Shown: in pieces, positions 1 through 11,618 of the stretch
Numbering within the stretch: the first letter of the stretch is position 1
Layout of the letters: every line of letters begins with the position of its first letter
DNA from: Eukaryota sp. TZLM1-RC
Taxonomy: Eukaryota > Protista > Metamonada: BaSk clade
DNA length: 64,000 nt
Assembly (NCBI GenBank): GCA_040285825.1
Contig: JAUPSS010000002.1
Span: 496,001 to 560,000 of the forward strand
Direction of reading: 5' to 3'
Made by a program: the position numbers and the translations under genes
Notes under the pieces: model-generated
What the model was told of the DNA's origin: nothing
What the model saw: the letters and a program-made list of their open reading frames with translations, nothing else
Database searches by the model: none

Positions 1-379
1 CGAATACTCTCCTTAATTGGAGGGATGTTACTGCTAACATCATGGCCGTTGCAGCCATCAATTAATGATGCCTGTGACTTCGTGGTAACAGCAAAAATGT
101 AAATAATTGTTCACCTTCTGTACAAACGTTAGAATTGTTAGTTATTGCTAACGCTTTGAATTTCTGTTGCTCGCTTGAAGTAAGAAAACTCTCCCTAGAA
201 GGAAGGAGCTCCGAGGAGTTGTTAGGGTATGTGTACAGTTCTGTCACATCAACAACGTGATTACCACTCTCCTTATTGGGGAGGTGACTTTCTTTTTGCA
301 TACAAATAAAGCATACTATAAAGGTAATGTAATTTATTATCAGGAGAAATACAATTCATTCAACTTAACGTAAAACTAT

Positions 380-689
380 AAAACTAAAGCTATCAATACT
401 ATTAAAGACTAACAAATTGAGCAAATATTATGTATCTTACAAACATATTGATTGTCAACTGTAGTTTGTTTAACATGACTGTTACAACCTTGAATTGTGG
501 AGCATTCATAAAATGCAAGCTTACATTCACAAGCAAAATACTGAAAGTTGGTTGTTAAAAAACATTATTCAACAGTTTAGCAACCCAAAAGACACTTTTA
601 TACTAATGGCTGATTATGGTAAAAACGGTTCTAAAAATTTGAAACAACAGAGAATTGATGCATTGGATGGTTTCAATTTCTCAATATAA
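380..689 (+). pseudogene. Probable Fanzor remnant (bridge-helix/RuvC-II-proximal segment)
   Basis: YNLELWSIHKMQAYIHKQNTESWLLKNIIQQFSNPKDTFILMADYG resembles the Fanzor pattern Y...frklK...Yi..QksEs.l.......fgnp.d..i..GDw. The upstream frame has stops and no catalytic motifs remain. Start is approximate. Confidence 0.45.
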
Positions 690-782
690 ATTGATATGAA
701 GTTTAGTTGTCATCAGTAATCTTCAACCTGATGATTATGAAACTTTTACTTTATCAAAGTACATTGTATATTTTGAACTGGT

Positions 783-1868
783 TGTCAACGCAAAGTTCCA
801 CTGTTTTTGTATTAAATAAAGAAATTTCAAAAATTGATGTAGAAAAATGGAGTTGACGCTTTCTCCATTCATCCAATGGCAATATTCCAGAAAAGAATGT
901 TTTAAATTTAAAATACACTCTTCGAACATTACAGAAACGATTGACTGGCTTGTGTGAAAATGATCTTTATAATAATATCTGCAGCTCGGCTGTTTTAAAT
1001 CAAGATCTTCACTCATTGTTATTGGAAAAGGGTGTTTGTGAAAACAGGTCATCGGATTCTTCACTTTTTGTGACCATTGTACCACGAAAATTTGGACTGT
1101 GTGCTACTAATGAAGCATTTGTCACAAAAATGAGATTATATTTGAATATCCCCATTAATCAATTATTATCAAAAGAAAAATGTATTTGTTCGAATTCATC
1201 TCAGCTCACTTTGCGACGTACTCTGAATTGTTCGGAATTGATAACTTATCGTTCTTCATTACATGATGCTGTTGGAGACACTGTTTTCAATATGGCACAA
1301 ACTGCAAGAATATCGTGTATCAAAGAACCTGTGCTGAAGGAAACACTTTCTCTGAATAATTTTGGTTCTGATGATAGAGGTGATATATACTGTGATTGGA
1401 TTGATAAATCTGAAGCTGTTGTTGACTTTGTCTCATGTAATGTTGCAAATGATACTTTGGGTCACAGAAGAAAACTTAATCCTGTGAGTGCTCTTGATTT
1501 TAAAGCAAAAGAAAAAAATTGAAAATATGATAAGGATTTTGAAGAGGCTAACGCTGATAGAAATACACAGCTATTTTTTATTGCTTTCCCATTTCCGATA
1601 ATATACGGAAGATTATCAGTTGAAGCAGAAACTTTTTTGAATGACTTCCAAAAAATGGTTCAACAAAAAACAATGAAAAGATTTGATATTTTTTTATGGC
1701 GTTCTCGAATTCAATTTGCCATTATTAATAGATTACCTTGGTTTTTCAATCGAATAAGAGGAGCTTTAGCTAGACAGCAAGCAGATCAAGATTTTGTAGA
1801 GGAAATCTTGGTTCAATGATATTCGTCCCATTGGTTATGAATTAATTTAATTAATAATTAAGTGTGCG
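783..1868 (+). mobile_element. 5'-truncated CRE-like non-LTR retrotransposon, family A (3' part: Cys/His motif + RLE endonuclease), degenerate
   Basis: ORFs 941..1522 and 1637..1819: CICSN...LNC...HDAV, RGDIYCDW...VVDF, KAKEK, ending QDFVEEILVQ. Near-identical to 6800-7870. Confidence 0.85.
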
Positions 1869-1927
1869 GAGCTTCCTTCATGTGACACAAATAATTGAAA
1901 TCATGTCATTTCTTTTTTGTTATCTCG

Positions 1928-2389
1928 ATGTGTTTGGGATCTTTCAACAGAATCCAGACATTTACTAGCGAGAACATCGAACTTCTCCAAAAAGCCTTTG
2001 ATATTCGTACAACAGTCTTCGTTGATGAACAACAAGTTCCAGAAGAGGAAGAAATCGATGACGATGACTACTCTCCATCTACATATCACTATCTTTTGAA
2101 TCATAATGATGTACCTATTGGTACAGCTAGATCCTTACATTCACTTGACAATTGCTCGGCCAAGATTGGCCGTGTAGCTATATTGAAAAGTCACAGAAAT
2201 AAAGGATATGGCAAATACTTAATCGAGTCGATACTGACCAATTTGAAGTCGATGGGCATTGCAATGGTTTCACTAGCCGGACAGCTTCAAAGTTTGGGAT
2301 TTTATCATTCTGTTGGTTTTAAAGAGGAAGGACCTGTGTTTTTAGATGCTGGCATTGAGCACAAAATGATGTTCAAGGCTCTGTCCTGA
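1928..2389 (+). CDS. GNAT acetyltransferase, YjcF/ElaA-like
   Basis: AFDIRTTVFVDEQQVPEEEEID, GTAR, AKIGRVAILKSHRNKGYGK, FYHSVGF...G..FLDAGIEH. First ATG at 1928. Confidence 0.9.
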   Translation: MCLGSFNRIQTFTSENIELLQKAFDIRTTVFVDEQQVPEEEEIDDDDYSPSTYHYLLNHNDVPIGTARSLHSLDNCSAKIGRVAILKSHRNKGYGKYLIESILTNLKSMGIAMVSLAGQLQSLGFYHSVGFKEEGPVFLDAGIEHKMMFKALS

Positions 2390-2835
2390 CCAATGTTATT
2401 GTTCTGCTTTTGGATTGATTTAGCAAATCAAGAATTAGGTGTCTGTTCCATTTATCTAGGTTGTATACTTTGCTCAACTCTTGACATGTTTAATGATTAA
2501 ATATTTATATTATGAATCCCGCTATCAAATAACTCATCTTCATTAACACAAACAACAATAAACCTAAATCTCTGGAGACAATCTTGATTGAGCCAGTACC
2601 TCATCCACGATGTACGGATATTATTGATCAGCTACATCTTTGAATGAACATTAGCTTCGTCATTAACATTATCATATTTTGTTGACATTACTACTTGTTT
2701 GTTTCAAATAGCACACAGGAAAATTAAACCATTAACGCAGCTGAAAAAGAAAATTGTTTTTAAAATTCTTGAAAACATCACTCTTCACCAACGTAAACGA
2801 CACTTATTCTTTCGTTACAGACAATATCAGTAACA

Positions 2836-5800
2836 ATGGTTCTCCGAGACTTCTCTTCCCAAATTAAGGCCGTTGCGGATGCCAGATTCAAGAATGATGA
2901 AGAAAAGGTTATGCAGAGTGAAGTCCTTGCTCTGAAGAAGGTCATGACATCTTCTGATATGAATCTCAAGAAAACCAGTGAGATGGTTCTTCGTGTAATA
3001 TACGCTGAAATGCTTGGCTACGATGCTTCTTTTGGCTATATCCACGCTGTCAACCTCACTCAGGCTGAACAGCTCATTCCCAAACGTATTGGTTACCTTG
3101 CCTGCTCCCTATGCCTTCACCCTGACCATGACCTGCTCGTCCTCTTGGTTAATTCTCTCCAACGAGATCTTCGCTCCAAGAACCCTCTCATCATCTCCAT
3201 CGCCCTCTCTGCTGCATGCCGTCTCCTAAGTGCTGAAATGATTCCTGCTGTCGTTGACCAAGTATTTGATCTAGTAACTCACAAGCAGCCTCTTGTCAGA
3301 AAGAAGTCCCTGTCCTGCCTTCACTCCTTCTTTGAACGCTCCCCTTCCTCCATTCAATCCCACCTTAAACTCTTTCCCCAAGCCCTTATTGATAAGTCGC
3401 CTTCAGTCATTGGTGTTGCTGTTCTTGCACTGTGCACACTCTCCAAGAATGCCCCTGACGTATATCGATACACTGTTCCTTCTTTAATCTCTCTCCTTCG
3501 TCAAGTCGGGGATAACCTCTTCCCTGTGGGTTACAGCTACCGCAAGTTCCCTCATCCATGGTTGCAGACTCATTTGCTCCGTTGTTTGGCTTATCTATGT
3601 GAAGAAGACGTTGATACTGCTGATTCTGTCTCTGTCGTGATTACTGAAATCTTACTCAAAAGGGACACAAACTCAAACATTGGAGCAGCAATAACCTTTG
3701 AGTCAATAAGAACCGCATCAGCAGTGCTTAGTTGCTATGATGACGATGACTATTCATCTAATGTGTCGTCATTGTATGATGTTGTTTCTCAAACTGTGTC
3801 GCAGTTTATAAGCTCAGAACAACCAAATTACAAGTACATGGGACTTCAAATGCTTACACACTTGGTTTGCCACACTCCTTCTGTTGCTTTGGTTCACCAG
3901 GTTGCTGTTCTACACTGCTTGGAGGACTCTGATGATACCATTAGGAAATGCACGTTGGAATTGTTGTACAGAATGGCTTCCAGTGATAATTTGGAAGTTA
4001 TTGTTGATAGACTATTAGAATATTTAAGGGAATACGGAGCTGTAGACAGTAGGTTAACATCGACACTTGTATCACGTGTGGTTTCCCTTGCCGAAAGATT
4101 TTCTTCTTCTCTTTCTTGGTTTGTTTCCATTGTATGTCAGTTATACGAAGCTGCAAACGGTGTTGTTGATGACAGCGTCACCCTTAACTTGATCAATGTT
4201 TCTAGTTTTGGCGAGGTTGGTGACTTGGAAGCAAAGAAAATAGTTGATTGTTTCATTAATCTGTCTGGAAAAACTCCTTTTTCTTTAATTGGTTTAGGTT
4301 GTCATTTTATTGGTAATTTTACTCGTATTGATCATTATAGGGATTCCTTGAGGGTTCTGAAAGGGTATTTGACTAATGTTTTGCTGTATGGTACGGAATC
4401 AATTACTGCTAGTTCTATCAATGTTGTTTCAATAATCTCAGCAGCTTTAAATTTAATTTCTAAATATGGAACTTCTGAAATTGATCAGGAACTATCTGAT
4501 TTGATTGCTGACGTTGCCACTGGAGTCTATTCATCAGTTGTCAACATTTCGGCACGTCATTCAGCCGTTGAATTCACAAGACTTTGTCACTCTCTTTCTG
4601 AGCTACTTGTTGACTTTCAACGACCTCTTGACTGTGATGACTTTGATGATTTTGAACTTGCCGTATCCGATATCGCGTCTAATGCTCTTGACAATGGGGC
4701 ACTCTCCTATGAGCCCCAAAGCCAAAGAGTTGACTACACTCGCAAGCTGGAATCCACTGATGAACCCCAAGACCCATCATCATCATTGCGTTTCGATGCT
4801 TATGAAGAGCCAGTAGATCAAACCCCAGTGGAACAATCAGAACAGGAGCAATTACCAGTAGTTGAGGAGAATCTAAAGTTGAAGGAAAGTGGAGTTGCTA
4901 AGAAATGGGGAAAGGGGGGTCTTATCAAATCATCAGCAACCAGTCAACAATCACACGTATCCAGGTCAGAATCACCTTCTCTTGATGCAGGTCTGGGGGT
5001 AGTTTCTAGATCATCTGAGCCGTTACCTTCCCAGAAGCTGGACATTGGCCAACGTCGAGCCGTTGAAAAGGTAGTGGAGGATCAGCATTTGGATGAAGAC
5101 AAACAGCAGTTGGCTAATGCGCTGTTTGGGGGTGTTAAGAAAAGAAAAGCTGTTAGAGAGAAGAAAACGACAGTTGATACGTCACACGCTCAGAAAGTCG
5201 ATGAATTTGATCTTTTGGGTGATTTGAGTGTTGCCCCAAGTACTGATTCTCCTTTTTGCTCACCAAGGAAGCAAGATGAAGATTTGTTGTCAGCGTTTAT
5301 GGTTTCTGGTGACTCTGATAATCTTGATTTAAATACTGTTCCTAATTTAGCTTTTTTGAAGGAACACTCAATCATCTCTGATTGTTCGTCTCTCACACGA
5401 GAAGTGATTGCACAGGATGACGTGATTCATTTATCAGAAGCAGTTATTAACTCTTCCAAAAGAGGAAAGTTGCTCTTGATTGCCAACAAATCAAAGCAAT
5501 CAGTTTCTGTTCTTTCTTTGACTGGGTTGTCCAGGTTTTCACTATATCATGATTCATCTGTTTCTGTAGGTGGTAACAAGTTGGTTTTGCCTGCTCTGGA
5601 TTCTGGGAGGACTATTGGAGTGTTTATTAGTCCAAAGAACATTGCTTCACTTTCGAGTGATGTTTTCGAATTGTCAATAACTTGGAAATTTTCATCTGAT
5701 TCACCAGAAAAGATTATTAATTGTAATGTAGCATTTGATTTGGGTTTGTTCATCACCAAATGGGCTCTCAAAACTCCCCAGTTTGGTAAATTATGGAGCA

Positions 5801-6069
5801 CTCTTCACAATAGCCAGAAATGTAACCTCAAGTTTTCAAACCCCAACCCCCGAAACTGGATTAATTACCTTGAAAGTAGAACTGGTATAACTGCTGTTGA
5901 CGTTTCTGGATCAGAAGGTATTTCAGCCCTTCAGTTAGCCATTGGGGAAGGTGTAAAGGTTTTGGTTCATGCTAGGTTGGGTAATGGTAGTGTTTTAATT
6001 ACGATCAAATCTAGTGAAGCTTCTATATTAGCTCATGTAGCCAAATACATTGTTGCTAGATGTAAGTAA
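2836..6069 (+). CDS. AP4E1: AP-4 adaptor complex subunit epsilon
   Basis: 1077-aa ORF. Adaptin N-terminal trunk (IYAEMLGYDASFGYIHAV, KRIGYLA, LEDSDDTIRKCTLELLYRM), LRFDAYE hinge, C-terminal appendage with TPQFGKLW. Confidence 0.88.
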   Translation: MVLRDFSSQIKAVADARFKNDEEKVMQSEVLALKKVMTSSDMNLKKTSEMVLRVIYAEMLGYDASFGYIHAVNLTQAEQLIPKRIGYLACSLCLHPDHDLLVLLVNSLQRDLRSKNPLIISIALSAACRLLSAEMIPAVVDQVFDLVTHKQPLVRKKSLSCLHSFFERSPSSIQSHLKLFPQALIDKSPSVIGVAVLALCTLSKNAPDVYRYTVPSLISLLRQVGDNLFPVGYSYRKFPHPWLQTHLLRCLAYLCEEDVDTADSVSVVITEILLKRDTNSNIGAAITFESIRTASAVLSCYDDDDYSSNVSSLYDVVSQTVSQFISSEQPNYKYMGLQMLTHLVCHTPSVALVHQVAVLHCLEDSDDTIRKCTLELLYRMASSDNLEVIVDRLLEYLREYGAVDSRLTSTLVSRVVSLAERFSSSLSWFVSIVCQLYEAANGVVDDSVTLNLINVSSFGEVGDLEAKKIVDCFINLSGKTPFSLIGLGCHFIGNFTRIDHYRDSLRVLKGYLTNVLLYGTESITASSINVVSIISAALNLISKYGTSEIDQELSDLIADVATGVYSSVVNISARHSAVEFTRLCHSLSELLVDFQRPLDCDDFDDFELAVSDIASNALDNGALSYEPQSQRVDYTRKLESTDEPQDPSSSLRFDAYEEPVDQTPVEQSEQEQLPVVEENLKLKESGVAKKWGKGGLIKSSATSQQSHVSRSESPSLDAGLGVVSRSSEPLPSQKLDIGQRRAVEKVVEDQHLDEDKQQLANALFGGVKKRKAVREKKTTVDTSHAQKVDEFDLLGDLSVAPSTDSPFCSPRKQDEDLLSAFMVSGDSDNLDLNTVPNLAFLKEHSIISDCSSLTREVIAQDDVIHLSEAVINSSKRGKLLLIANKSKQSVSVLSLTGLSRFSLYHDSSVSVGGNKLVLPALDSGRTIGVFISPKNIASLSSDVFELSITWKFSSDSPEKIINCNVAFDLGLFITKWALKTPQFGKLWSTLHNSQKCNLKFSNPNPRNWINYLESRTGITAVDVSGSEGISALQLAIGEGVKVLVHARLGNGSVLITIKSSEASILAHVAKYIVARCK

Positions 6070-6120
6070 AAATGTTTTGTTATAAATGATTTATTTGTTT
6101 CTGTTTTTCTTCAATTGATT

Positions 6121-7896
6121 GTTTTTCATTCATCCTATTCTACTGCAAATTCAAGAGATGTTTCCTTCACTAAAAATGATTGCATATATGGATGATGTTG
6201 TGCTTATTGGTGAATTAAATATTGTGAAAAAAGCAACTGTATGTTTTAAAGAATTATTTACCAAAATTGGTCTCCGACTTAATTTACTTAAATGTGTTTT
6301 GTTATCGAATTCTCCAGTTTCCACAATAATTGATGATATTGAAATTCAAGCCAAATTATATTCAATTGATGCTATTCGTCATTTGGGTTCGTTTTTAGGA
6401 AATAATGATGAAATTACCAAAAAATTGTTTGAAAAGTTGAACTCAATTTCTGACAAAATTGACCGAATGATGAATTTAGATATAAAAAAACACATCAAAT
6501 TTACCATTATAAGACTGTGTTTTAGTTCCAATTTTAATCATATATTTCGATCTACAAATCCTCTCGTCACTAGACCTTTGGCTCAAAAGTTTAATGAGTT
6601 ACGTGCAAAAGTTCTGTCTCAATTACTGGGATGTAAAATGTTTCAAATTCCAGATCATGCTTACCTTAGTCCACAATATGGTGGTTTAGGGTGGACGAAG
6701 GCTTCTATTCTTACCTCGTGTGCTTTTTGTTGGTGGATGCAGAAATGCAATCTTTGAGTTCTCCGAAAGATTTGCAGATTGGGAAGATTTATTGATGACA
6801 ACGCAAAGTTCCACTGTTTTTGCATTAAATGAAGAAATTTCAAGAATTGATGTAGAAAAATGGGGTCGATGTTTTCCCCAATCATTCAATGGCAATATTC
6901 CAGAAAAAAATGTTTTAAATTTGAAGTACACTCTTCGAACATTACAGAAAAGATTGACTGGAATGTATGAAAAAGATCTTTATAATAATATTTGCAGCTC
7001 GGCTGTTTTAAATCAAGATCTTCACTCATTGTTATTGGAAAAGGGTGTTTGTGAAAACAAGGTGTCAGATTCTTCACTTTTTGTAACCATTGTACCACGA
7101 AGATTTGGATTGTGTGCTACTAATGAAGCATTTGTAACAAAAATGAGATTATATTTGAACATCCCCATTAACCAATTATTATCAAAAGAAAAATGTATTT
7201 GTTCGAATTCACCTCAACTCACTTTGCGCCATGCTCTAAATTGCTCTAAATTGATAACTTATCGTTCTTCATTACATGATGCTGTTAGAGACACTGTTTT
7301 CAATATGGCACAAACTGCAAGGATATCGTGTATCAAAGAGCCCCTGCTGAAAGAAACACTTTCTCTGAATAATTTTGGTTCTGATGATAGAGGTGATGTA
7401 TACTGTGATTGGATTGATAATTCTGAAGCTATTGTTGACTTTGTCTCATGTAATGTTGCAAACGATACTTTGGTTCACAGAAGAAAACTTAATCCTGTGG
7501 CTGCTCTGGATTTTAAAGCAAAAGAAAAACATAGAAAATATGATAAAGAAATTGAAGATGCAGATATCGATAGAAATACACAGCTGGTTTTTATTGCTTT
7601 TCCATTTTCGATAAATGGAAGATTATCAGTTGAAGCAGAAACTTTTTTTGGATGACTTCCAAAAAATGGTGAAAGAAAAAACAATGAAAAGATTTGATAT
7701 TTTTTTATGGCGTTCACGGATTCAATTTGCCATTATTAATAGATTACCGCGGTTTTTCAATCGAATTAGAGAAGCTTTAGCTAGACAGCAAGCAAATCAA
7801 GATTTTGTAGAGGAAATCTTGGTTTAATGATAGTCGTCCCATTAGTTATGATTTAATTTAATCAAGTGTGCAAATTCAATAAATTAATAATTTAAA
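6121..7896 (+). mobile_element. 5'-truncated CRE-like non-LTR retrotransposon, family A (RT C-half + RLE)
   Basis: AYMDD RT motif, IRHLGSFLG, YGGLG, RGDV, KHRKY, split by homopolymer frameshifts. TSD TTCAATTGATT at 6110-6120 and 7897-7907. Confidence 0.92.
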
Positions 7897-8526
7897 TTCA
7901 ATTGATTCTTTTCTTTGGATTTATCCCCAGTTATAGTGGTTCGTACTTGTGCTGTTTCCAACAATTACTGAAGGCATAATGGGGATTTTTGAATTGCACA
8001 AATGAATTGAAACTTGAAACAAGTTACAAGTAGCAAAAAAAACTCTGAATATGTGAGGAATAAAAGACTAATAAAAAGAATTATTGAATCACCTTCATTA
8101 AAGATTCCTTCGATTTATTGAGAAATTGATTTGTTGCACATGAAAAACTGGAAATTGCACAACTGCTTTATCAAGATCATAAAACGAGAACAATCGACAT
8201 CTTCAATGCAAATTATTTTTTCAATTAACAATATGCTGACCAAATACAATAATAACTTTCACTCTAGATGAAACACATCAAGCTGCTATAAATGTTCGTT
8301 AATCGTACATATTGAACAACAACAAATACTCTCCCCAATTCCACTGTTATCAAAATTTAAATTAGTTCAAAAAGAAACACAAGGTCTTGAGTGTAACCAA
8401 AACTAGATGGTGTTAACAGTGTAGTTTAAGTACACTAATTGTAGTTCCAATAAGACTCCTGGCTATTACTTGAAACCATTTTATAAGACTCTCAATTCTG
8501 TATACTCCGAAGTGAATGTCATCAGC

Positions 8527-9576
8527 AAACGATCTTAGTAGTGATGAATCAAAGCACACATCAAGATGACCATTTTGACATGCAAACGTGATGAGGAATC
8601 CTGTGCAATCAGATTGTTTCCAACTTTTTGTTAGAGTCGAAATCATTCAAATGTCACTACATATCAGACGACTGTCGCAACAGAGGGTTTCTCCAACATT
8701 GACATCAAAGCCATCAAAGGATTCGTTTTCATCTTCATTAGAAATGACAGAACAACTTCTCAATATTCAAGAATCAATACAGTCTCTCCGACGGGATGTC
8801 TTTGCTGAAATCAAATCACTTGCTTCGAAACTGGACAATATAACTCATAATTTACCAATAGTTAGTTCATCTGTGACTACTGGACCGACAACGCGATCTA
8901 AACGGTCAGCAGCAACATCAGAACCTAGTATAGCTAATGAACAAGTCGAAAATCCTGATACTAAACCCGCACACCACCTTTCTCCATCATTAAAGGAGGA
9001 GAACAACCTTCCCAAATATTTGCTATTCAAGACCTACATCCCAGAAGGTTGGTTTTTCCTTTGTCATGCTGAATTGGTTTTCAGTGCAATGAGATTTTAT
9101 GATTCTCCCCAGACAATAGACTTTCTCTGTGATGCAGTTGAAGAGCTTTCTATTCTTGATTTCAACATGTCTGTAATGCCTGTCGATATGGATGCCTCAT
9201 GGAGGAGGAAAATTCAGCAGACTGTTGAGACCTTCCCCTCAATTGTCCATTCTGATGACAGACTCGTCAGTCTAACTGAGTATGGGATGGATGCTTTTAC
9301 CTCTATAGGTATCAATCTTGGAACAGAGGAAGGTGTTGGTTTCACTAAAATCTGCCCAGGTCTTGATATTGAATGTCCACCACGCAAGCTTCCTCCAGGT
9401 TTTGAGTTTTTGACAGCTCAAGAACTTGAAGATAAATATGCTAAAACCATCTCCAATTTGGTTATACGGCGACCACGTAAGAAGAGTGCTACTAGTACAG
9501 TTGCAAAGAAACGCCCACGCAGGTCGTGATCTTTCCTCTCTTTGCCATTGAATAAACAATCATAATTTATTTCTTC
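8527..9576 (+). repeat. 1050-bp dispersed repeat unit (inverted partner at 32101-33150)
   Basis: Homology begins at AAACGATCTTAG and ends at ATTTATTTCTTC in both copies; flanks differ. Confidence 0.92.
8591..9529 (+). CDS. Hypothetical protein (coiled-coil N-half, basic NLS-like C-terminus), copy 1 of a duplicated gene
   Basis: Intact ORF; a second intact copy at 32148..33089 differs at 11 aa. AATAAA just downstream. The start could be ATG 8591 or 8651. Confidence 0.7.
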   Translation: MRNPVQSDCFQLFVRVEIIQMSLHIRRLSQQRVSPTLTSKPSKDSFSSSLEMTEQLLNIQESIQSLRRDVFAEIKSLASKLDNITHNLPIVSSSVTTGPTTRSKRSAATSEPSIANEQVENPDTKPAHHLSPSLKEENNLPKYLLFKTYIPEGWFFLCHAELVFSAMRFYDSPQTIDFLCDAVEELSILDFNMSVMPVDMDASWRRKIQQTVETFPSIVHSDDRLVSLTEYGMDAFTSIGINLGTEEGVGFTKICPGLDIECPPRKLPPGFEFLTAQELEDKYAKTISNLVIRRPRKKSATSTVAKKRPRRS

Positions 9577-10238
9577 TGTGAAGTACATGATTTTGTCGAA
9601 ACCCAGTTGATAACATCAAAGTGATCTGTCCACTTCATCAACGTGGTTACTCTATTATCTATTTCAGGATACAGCATCTTTATCATGTCGGGGGCATGTA
9701 AAAGAAGAGCGGTGTTATGATACATTATGCTGGCATTGCCTCCATTTCTCACTGGCGTTTCAATGTGCTGCGAGAGTCACTTCTTCCAAAAACAGCACCC
9801 ATCACTACTTCTGAACATCTCAGCACATTACTTATCCTTAAAGTATTACTTGAATGCTAATGAAGTGGCCAGATACTACTCTTCCTTGTCAAAAGTTTGG
9901 TTGTCCAACTTGGTGTCATCAATACGCATGATTAAGCAACACTAAAATAACTGTGGGTGATAACTCAGAAGCATTGAATCACTCACACACACTTGTCGTA
10001 TGATGCTTCAATGGAAATGGTCAGTCTGTCCCTCTCTTAAATAACTTTGACAATTTAATAACTTTGCGCTGAACACCAGCATCTTGTGTCGTTTTTGTCA
10101 TAAAGGGACAGTTCAAGTCAAATTAACAGGACATCCTTTTACAAAAAAGTTGTGATAATAATAAGGTTATATTGATTTAAATTGAAAGTAAATCTACAAT
10201 GACTAAAAACTAAGAAAACTAATAATGCAAATCAAAAT

Positions 10239-11618
10239 TTAACACAAAAACAAACCTTCCATACCTTCAAAGGAAACTTCTTCAATTACTTCTGATTTCT
10301 GATTTCCACAACCATCAATTTGATTATCTAATCGCCTTCTCAATTCCAGTATTCCATCAACGACAACTTCATTGTTCCTACTGTTCATTATCACCTCTAG
10401 TAAATCCTTGTATGCTCTACTTGGAATCCACCCTTTTGAATCTCTGAATATGACATTTCTGTCTAAGCCGCCCTCAACCACCAGCTTGGTTGCATCTTTA
10501 AGTCCATCAGGAGTAAGATAAGTTCCTAAAATTTGAACCAAGTGAGACTTGAGAGTTCCTTGAGTCAGCATGGCTTCAGAAATAGTGTTGCTTATACCTA
10601 CCAACTCTAGTGCAAGTTGGGTAAAAGTAGGCGAGTCATCGAGTTTATTGTTGTTATCTTTGAAGGCAAAGAACAAAGAAGGGTCATTTAAGAGACCTTC
10701 TCCTGACATAAAACCGGCACAACCAGTTGAGACAACATCGTGCACATCCCTATAATGATCAATACCTCCGTTCAAAACAATGGGGACATTGAGGGCATTC
10801 ACTAGTGATGTGGCAAACGTCCAATCGGCTGTTCCCTTGTTGGTTCCACGCTGTTCTCTGGTTCTACAATGAATGGTTACCATTAATGCACCAGAATCTA
10901 CCAGTGCTTGTGCATAGGCAATGGTATCTTCAATTGTCGACTGCCTCCTGATTTTCACAATCACGGGAACTTTGACACATTGGTTAAGGGAGGCAAGAAT
11001 AGTCTGAATTAATGGCCAATTGTCTTGGAGATGACAACCATAATACCCTCGTCTTGCAACACGCATAGGGCATCCACAATTCAATTCAATAGCCACTGCA
11101 TGAGGAGCAATAGATAAAGCCTTCATTGCTGTCAAGCAAACCAAAGCTGGATCATGTCCAGCAACTTGAATGATGAGGGGTGTATCGTCAGTATTGGTGG
11201 TGAGAATCATGTCTTGGTTATTTTGTGAAGTCAACCAGCCTCTAGCAGATAACATAGGACTAGTGGCGATATGAGTACCATAACGTTTAGTCAACAAACG
11301 AAAAGCAAGCTCACTCCCTCGCACCATCGGAGCGAGAAAAGTTCTTGGCGAACCTATAGATTTGTAGAATTGCCATGGTGACGGTTTGTTGTAATGTGAC
11401 AGTGGAAACGAAGAAGCTGGGAGAGCATGTCGATTATGAATTACTCGAGGAGTACGACCATAAAACCTGTGGAAAAGTGACTCATAGCTGGTAGAATACA
11501 GATTCCTAACTAAAGCTGCTTCACTGAGACTCATATCCAAAAACTGTTGATCTGACATTGATGAATGGTCAACATTGATGGAAGTAGTAACATCTGTGGC
11601 TAGGTCTACTTCAGACAT
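10239..11618 (-). CDS. tRNA-dihydrouridine synthase (DUS1-like)
   Basis: LAPMVRGSELAFR, PLIIQVAG, ELNCGCP (catalytic Cys), VKIR, IHCRT, ADW, NGGI. First ATG at 11618. Confidence 0.9.
   Translation of the reverse strand: MSEVDLATDVTTSINVDHSSMSDQQFLDMSLSEAALVRNLYSTSYESLFHRFYGRTPRVIHNRHALPASSFPLSHYNKPSPWQFYKSIGSPRTFLAPMVRGSELAFRLLTKRYGTHIATSPMLSARGWLTSQNNQDMILTTNTDDTPLIIQVAGHDPALVCLTAMKALSIAPHAVAIELNCGCPMRVARRGYYGCHLQDNWPLIQTILASLNQCVKVPVIVKIRRQSTIEDTIAYAQALVDSGALMVTIHCRTREQRGTNKGTADWTFATSLVNALNVPIVLNGGIDHYRDVHDVVSTGCAGFMSGEGLLNDPSLFFAFKDNNNKLDDSPTFTQLALELVGISNTISEAMLTQGTLKSHLVQILGTYLTPDGLKDATKLVVEGGLDRNVIFRDSKGWIPSRAYKDLLEVIMNSRNNEVVVDGILELRRRLDNQIDGCGNQKSEVIEEVSFEGMEGLFLC

Noticed and set aside
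1-301. ORF 62..301 with loose ACTCTCC repeats
   Set aside because: Cut by the window edge, with no recognisable domain.
8538-8620. C/D-box snoRNA (two GTGATGA motifs)
   Set aside because: No suitably placed CTGA box D or terminal stem.
9567-10130. Short ORFs between the orphan gene and DUS
   Set aside because: Fragmentary, with no motif I can support.
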